A stretch of DNA of 64,000 bases from Candidatus Latescibacterota bacterium (GTDB taxonomy: Bacteria > Latescibacterota > UBA2968), in assembly GCA_965116885.1 (NCBI GenBank), contig OZ220741.1, forward strand, positions 1,056,001 through 1,120,000, in the 5' to 3' direction. Shown piece after piece: positions 59,388 to 64,000 of this stretch. Positions within the stretch are counted from its first letter, which is position 1, and the number at the start of each line of letters is the position of its first letter. Under the pieces are notes generated by a model, which was not told where the DNA came from, searched no databases, and saw only the letters and a program-made list of their open reading frames with translations. A program made the position numbers and the translations under genes.

Positions 59388-62300
59388 ATGAACCCTAAAA
59401 ATTTCATCAATCCCCCTGCTGCTGACCGCCTCGTTCCATTTTGGATATGGAACGGCATAATAGAAGAAAACGAACTCGTCCGTCAAATCCGCGAAATGAG
59501 CGAAAAAGGACTTGGTGGATTTTGTCTATCAACAGGTCCTGGGCTAAAAACGCCTTATTTGTCGCACATCTGGTTCGATCGCGTAAAATTGGCACTTGAA
59601 ACAGCAGAAGAATGTGGCCTTCATGTCTGGATTCACGACGAATACCGCTATCCAGGTGGTATTGGATCAACCCAAATCACCTTAAATCATCCCCAATTCA
59701 TCGCACAACAACTCACCTTTCGCGAAACCGTTGTACAGGGCGGACAACAAGTTGATCTCACGTTGCCCTGGGCACCCGTGTTACATACACTTGCCGTTCC
59801 CTTGCGAAGAGACCGCTGTCTGTGGGAAGACAAACAAGATATCAGTGCTTATCTGGGCGTCAACCATCAACACCACGCACTGCGCGACAACAACGCTGTG
59901 CCCGCCTACGGTCCCCACACTTATGTATCTTTTAACCCCACCCGCCGACTGTACTGGAAAGCACCTACCGGACGTTGGCGCGTGCTCGTGTTTTTGCAAG
60001 AACCCTCGGCAAATAGTGACTGTCCTGGTTCACACCTCGATAGGTTCAATCCAGAATCTGTCCGTACCCTGCACCAGACCGTTCAGCAACCCTATATCGA
60101 GCGATTTTCCGCTTATCAGGGCAAAACCTTAAAGGGCATTTTAACCGCAGAAACGCATTTCCCCAACGATCGCCTGCCCTGGTCATCCGTATTGCCCGAA
60201 TACTTCAAAACGCGCAATGGCTACGATCTCATCTCTTGCTTGCCTGCCCTCATAACCTACTTTGGCCCCAACACGGGCCGCATTCGCTACGATTATTTTC
60301 AAACCCTGGGCGAACTGCAACAGCGACACGACAGCGCGCGCAGCGCCGACTGGTGCAAAGAGCACGACCTCAATTATGCGAGCGATATAACCCCGCTTCG
60401 CAATGCCCAGCGCGCCGCTATATCCATACCTGGTACAAGCGGTGATCTCGGCGTTGAACGCGCCCAAGAATACACCGTATCATATCGCCACAGCCCGGAA
60501 TTTGCAACAGCACTCGCCACGCAAACAAACACTTCCCGCGTGCTCAATACCTGTTTCCAAAACGCGAGCTGGGCAACCACGCTGCAAGATATGAAAGCAC
60601 ACCTCGATACCCTCGGCACCCACGGAACCAGCTTCTTTGCCCCTCAGGCCCTCTACTACACACTCGACGGGTTGCGCAAACACGCCACATCTCTGTTCCA
60701 CCAAAATCCCTACTGGGAACACTTCCACCTGCTATCTGACTACGCGGGGCGACTTGCCTATCTCTTAAGCCAGGGTCATCAAGTAGCCGATATTGCACTC
60801 CTCGATCCCGTCACCAGCTTGTGGGCACATCTCGCACACCCGCTTCACAACTGGTCTTATGTCGGGTATGACCCCGATGAAGAAACACTGACCAATCACC
60901 TCGTTGCCGACTGGGCCTGCATTGCCCGCACCCTGTATCAGATGCAGCGACCATTTCAAAGCCTTGACCCGGCCCTCCTTGCCCAGGCGGAAATCATCAA
61001 CCGCCAATTGCAGATCGGCAAAACGCGCTATAAGGTCCTGATCATTCCCCCCATCACCAATCTGGAACGCGAAGCTTTTGATAAGCTACGCGCATTTATC
61101 AATGCAGGCGGTCTCGTCATCGCCCTGGGATTATTGCCCATCGAAGATATTCAAGAGGGCACATCGGTCGTCGAGGGATTTTCGCGGTTGACCGACATGG
61201 ACCCCGGGCGAATGATTCGCGATTATACCGGCCACGAATCGGGCGTCCACTTGCTGAGTCGAGACAATTTCATGTTTGTCCGCACGGGGGGTACTGTAGA
61301 AAAAAATCAGGCGACCTCCATGCTGGAACGCCTACTCGACGAAATACTGCCCCGGCGAGTACACATCATGTCAGACGGGAAAAGCGCTGACACAATACAA
61401 TATCACCACCGAACAGATGAAAAGCACCGCATATTCTTTTTTGCCAATCGGGGAAATTCGCCCGTTACAACACAAATTTATATACCCGCCTCCGACGGAC
61501 AGATAGAGAAATGGGATTTAGAAACGGGCAAACGCACACCACTTGTGATCGAACCTGCCGGAGAAATGAGTCGCATTAACCTCTCCTTTGATCGGCTGCA
61601 ATCACATATGATCGTAACCTCTCCGGTCCATCCGAAAAAAGAAAAAAAAGAGCCTCTATTAGAAACGCTCAAACTCAATTTAACAGGTCACTGGAAAGTT
61701 GATCCAGAAGAAGATAATGCCTTGCGCCTGGACAAATTCAAAACGAAATTCGACCTGTCTAACACGGGCGTGCATCAGGGCTGGCATCAACCGGCCTATA
61801 GCGACAGCAGGTGGCCCGAAACGCGCCCGCAATCTTTTGACAATCCAGAAGAAAAAACGATTTGTTGGTACCGAACAACCTTTGTCTCGGACATCGTCCC
61901 CAGCAAACTCTCTCTGGTCATGGATCGAAGTGCCATTCAGGGAGAGCATCAGATCTACATCAACGGTTCCAAATTGCCGAGCAATGCTTTTCGCCCCACC
62001 TTCCGGTTCGATCACGCCAACGCGACGTGTTCCGTGGGGCAACGCATAAACAAGGGCAAAAATGTGATCGCCATCCGCGTGGAAGTCAACAGCCCGGGTG
62101 ATGGCCTCGTCGATGCCCTGTATCTCTTTGGGCGTTTTCAGGTCAAATCCTGGCGCAGTGTATATCCCAAACTAACCCCCCTTCAAGATAGCGGTCCAAT
62201 TTTCGACTTCAAAGCGCAGGGACTGCCCTTCTATGCTGGCACCTTGTCATACACCCGAGACATCGATATCAAAACACTGCCCACGACCGCGCGTTTCAAA

Positions 62301-62531
62301 ATTGACCTCGAACACACCGTAAAAAACCTCTCCGACATTGTCGAAATAATCATCAACGGCCAATCTCTCGGCGTGCGCGCCTGGGCACCTTATTGCTGGA
62401 CTGGCAAAACAGCCCATCTCAAACAGGGCAAAAATCGCATAGTCTTCCGCGTCACCAACACACTCGAAAAATTGCTCACCGGCATGGCGTACCAGCCGAA
62501 AACGCGCAAAACGATCCCGGTAGATATCTAA
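59388..62531 (+). CDS. GH106 (alpha-L-rhamnosidase)-like protein, possibly catalytically degenerate
   Basis: PFWIWNG, GLGGF, YLS..W, WIHDEYRYPGG, RYDY, GATase-like middle, beta-sandwich C-terminus (QGLPFYAGT). Confidence 0.8.
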   Translation: MNPKNFINPPAADRLVPFWIWNGIIEENELVRQIREMSEKGLGGFCLSTGPGLKTPYLSHIWFDRVKLALETAEECGLHVWIHDEYRYPGGIGSTQITLNHPQFIAQQLTFRETVVQGGQQVDLTLPWAPVLHTLAVPLRRDRCLWEDKQDISAYLGVNHQHHALRDNNAVPAYGPHTYVSFNPTRRLYWKAPTGRWRVLVFLQEPSANSDCPGSHLDRFNPESVRTLHQTVQQPYIERFSAYQGKTLKGILTAETHFPNDRLPWSSVLPEYFKTRNGYDLISCLPALITYFGPNTGRIRYDYFQTLGELQQRHDSARSADWCKEHDLNYASDITPLRNAQRAAISIPGTSGDLGVERAQEYTVSYRHSPEFATALATQTNTSRVLNTCFQNASWATTLQDMKAHLDTLGTHGTSFFAPQALYYTLDGLRKHATSLFHQNPYWEHFHLLSDYAGRLAYLLSQGHQVADIALLDPVTSLWAHLAHPLHNWSYVGYDPDEETLTNHLVADWACIARTLYQMQRPFQSLDPALLAQAEIINRQLQIGKTRYKVLIIPPITNLEREAFDKLRAFINAGGLVIALGLLPIEDIQEGTSVVEGFSRLTDMDPGRMIRDYTGHESGVHLLSRDNFMFVRTGGTVEKNQATSMLERLLDEILPRRVHIMSDGKSADTIQYHHRTDEKHRIFFFANRGNSPVTTQIYIPASDGQIEKWDLETGKRTPLVIEPAGEMSRINLSFDRLQSHMIVTSPVHPKKEKKEPLLETLKLNLTGHWKVDPEEDNALRLDKFKTKFDLSNTGVHQGWHQPAYSDSRWPETRPQSFDNPEEKTICWYRTTFVSDIVPSKLSLVMDRSAIQGEHQIYINGSKLPSNAFRPTFRFDHANATCSVGQRINKGKNVIAIRVEVNSPGDGLVDALYLFGRFQVKSWRSVYPKLTPLQDSGPIFDFKAQGLPFYAGTLSYTRDIDIKTLPTTARFKIDLEHTVKNLSDIVEIIINGQSLGVRAWAPYCWTGKTAHLKQGKNRIVFRVTNTLEKLLTGMAYQPKTRKTIPVDI

Positions 62532-64000
62532 TCCTCACCTCTCAGCAAATATTTCTGCACCAGATACCGATAAATTTGCACAAAATCGCCTCGCCCATTA
62601 TCCGCATTGTAAAAATGACATATGGGATTGGGATTCACTTCCAAAACAAAATACCCATTGGAACCGGCGATCAAATCAATCGCGTAAAAACCCAAATCCA
62701 GCACCCGGTTTAACGCCTGTGTCAAAGCGCGAAAATCCTCCAACAATCCGTCATCCACGACCGCAACTGCCCTGCCCCCTGCCCGATGCAGCGGATTGAT
62801 ATCCTCTCCCTCAATATCCGAATCATTTTGCTTTTCGTATGCGAGCAGCAACTCATCCTCACTGCCCACAATGCGATACTCAGGTCCCTCAACATACGCC
62901 TGGATCAACAACACATTGTCAAATCGGCTACTTTCCTCACACAACGCTTGCAAACGCGACTGCAAATCCTCTGCATTCGCCTCCAAATACACGCCCTGTG
63001 CCATAGAGCCGTGATTGCGTTTCAGCACAACCGGAAAAGACATGTGTTGCACCACATCGCTCACAATATCTGCCACAGAAGCATGCGTCTTATACCGATC
63101 AAACCGCCGGTCTGATAGAGGATTGAACACCGTCATCGTCCTGGGCACAGCGATATTCGCTCGATCAAACAGCTCGTATTGATACCCCTTATCTTCCGCC
63201 AACTTTCCAGAAACATAATCGTTAAACGGATGTTTATTTCGCAAAAAATACAGCGGCATTCCCTCTCTCTCCACCCGAATCACATTGCCATCTGCGGACA
63301 CTGCCTCATACCCCACGCCCAACTGCCGACACGCGATCTCAAGACACCGCAAACTCTCTAAAATCACATCCTCGCCAAAACTGTCCGCCTCCCCGGGCAA
63401 ACCCAACACCTCGCGTGCCAACGCCACCAGATACAGCGACCCGAGTACGCACGTAGGCTGTGGGGATACCTCCGTCAAAAAATTCAATCCCCCCGTCTCA
63501 CACCGCACACAAAGCCCCTCTGGAACCAGCGATCTCAAACGCGCCACAGAAATGGCTTTCGGATGCGCCGACTGCGTCAAAACAACCTCGGCAGCTATGG
63601 GCGCAAGTGCATGCAAAATACCCCGTGCATCGTGCCCCTTATTAACACCCACCACAAAACGCCACTTATCCGATAGAACCTTCAAATCCCGCATCAAAGC
63701 GCGAACCGCATCCGGATTGTGGGCACCATCTAAAATCAACGCTTTCCGCACCACCTCAAAGCGCCCGGGCAGAGCCAGATTCAAAACCACATCCCGCATC
63801 CGCTCATCTGCCAACACCATCCCGCACCCGTCCAGAACATGACGCGCCACAGCAACCGACAGCGCGGCATTCTCCCGAAAAGTAACCGGTCGATCCGCCA
63901 TATCGTCTATTTCCGTATCGACCACCTGCAACGCCGCACCCCGACGCACACATTCCCTTTCCAATAACTTCAGGACTTCGGGAACCTGCCCTGACCCCGT
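62528..64000 (-). CDS. FolC/Mur-ligase-like domain fused to a C-terminal ATP-grasp domain; 5' end outside window
   Basis: Frame open to the edge (TGSGQVPEVLKLLERE...); ENAALS, LPGRFE, ILDGAHNP, GSLYLV; then DKGY, FPVVLKRNHGSMAQGV, QAYVEGPEYR, AIDL, LEVNPNP. Confidence 0.85.
   Translation of the reverse strand, partial: TGSGQVPEVLKLLERECVRRGAALQVVDTEIDDMADRPVTFRENAALSVAVARHVLDGCGMVLADERMRDVVLNLALPGRFEVVRKALILDGAHNPDAVRALMRDLKVLSDKWRFVVGVNKGHDARGILHALAPIAAEVVLTQSAHPKAISVARLRSLVPEGLCVRCETGGLNFLTEVSPQPTCVLGSLYLVALAREVLGLPGEADSFGEDVILESLRCLEIACRQLGVGYEAVSADGNVIRVEREGMPLYFLRNKHPFNDYVSGKLAEDKGYQYELFDRANIAVPRTMTVFNPLSDRRFDRYKTHASVADIVSDVVQHMSFPVVLKRNHGSMAQGVYLEANAEDLQSRLQALCEESSRFDNVLLIQAYVEGPEYRIVGSEDELLLAYEKQNDSDIEGEDINPLHRAGGRAVAVVDDGLLEDFRALTQALNRVLDLGFYAIDLIAGSNGYFVLEVNPNPICHFYNADNGRGDFVQIYRYLVQKYLLRGED

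Noticed and set aside
62528..64000. Cyanophycin synthetase
   Set aside because: Domain order is reversed and the motifs are FolC-type; no cyanophycinase seen

Overview
Bacterial chromosome segment from a diderm, probably host-associated lineage. The eukaryote-like LRR/cadherin/Fn3/TPR proteins and paired EF-hand/dockerin-like tags resemble sponge-symbiont genomes; the taxonomy is inference only. Left to right: two tandem secreted multi-Cache paralogs, xerD-uvrC-phosphoesterase, a structured 230-nt leader, and a hisG-hisD-hisC-(enolase-like)-hisB operon. The operon runs directly into ADP-heptose genes (gmhB, a deoxyhypusine-synthase-like::HldC fusion, hldA) and a ~23 kb glycosylation locus with six GT-C membrane glycosyltransferases (three TMTC-like with TPRs), two GT2, two GT4, a GT9, Wzx and two epimerases. 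Next come serS and a compositionally foreign ~9 kb islet ending at tRNA-Met. The islet holds a sigma54-promoter-driven LRR/cadherin surface protein, a divergent cytoplasmic beta-propeller::sigma54 activator and a GSDH-cadherin-cohesin-dockerin protein. The window ends with nfeD-floA-yqfB-like genes, tRNA-Leu, a catabolic block and a truncated FolC::ATP-grasp fusion. Intergenic DNA carries at least five families of short repeats; several supply stop codons or C-termini, and one sits in frame inside a gene. Best novelty candidates: the DHS-like::HldC fusion, the propeller-bEBP sigma54 module (plus an unannotated 53-aa ORF with a perfect sigma54 promoter), the TMTC-like glycosyltransferases beside cadherin-domain proteins, and the FolC::ATP-grasp fusion. 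All domain calls are from motif recognition, not database searches.
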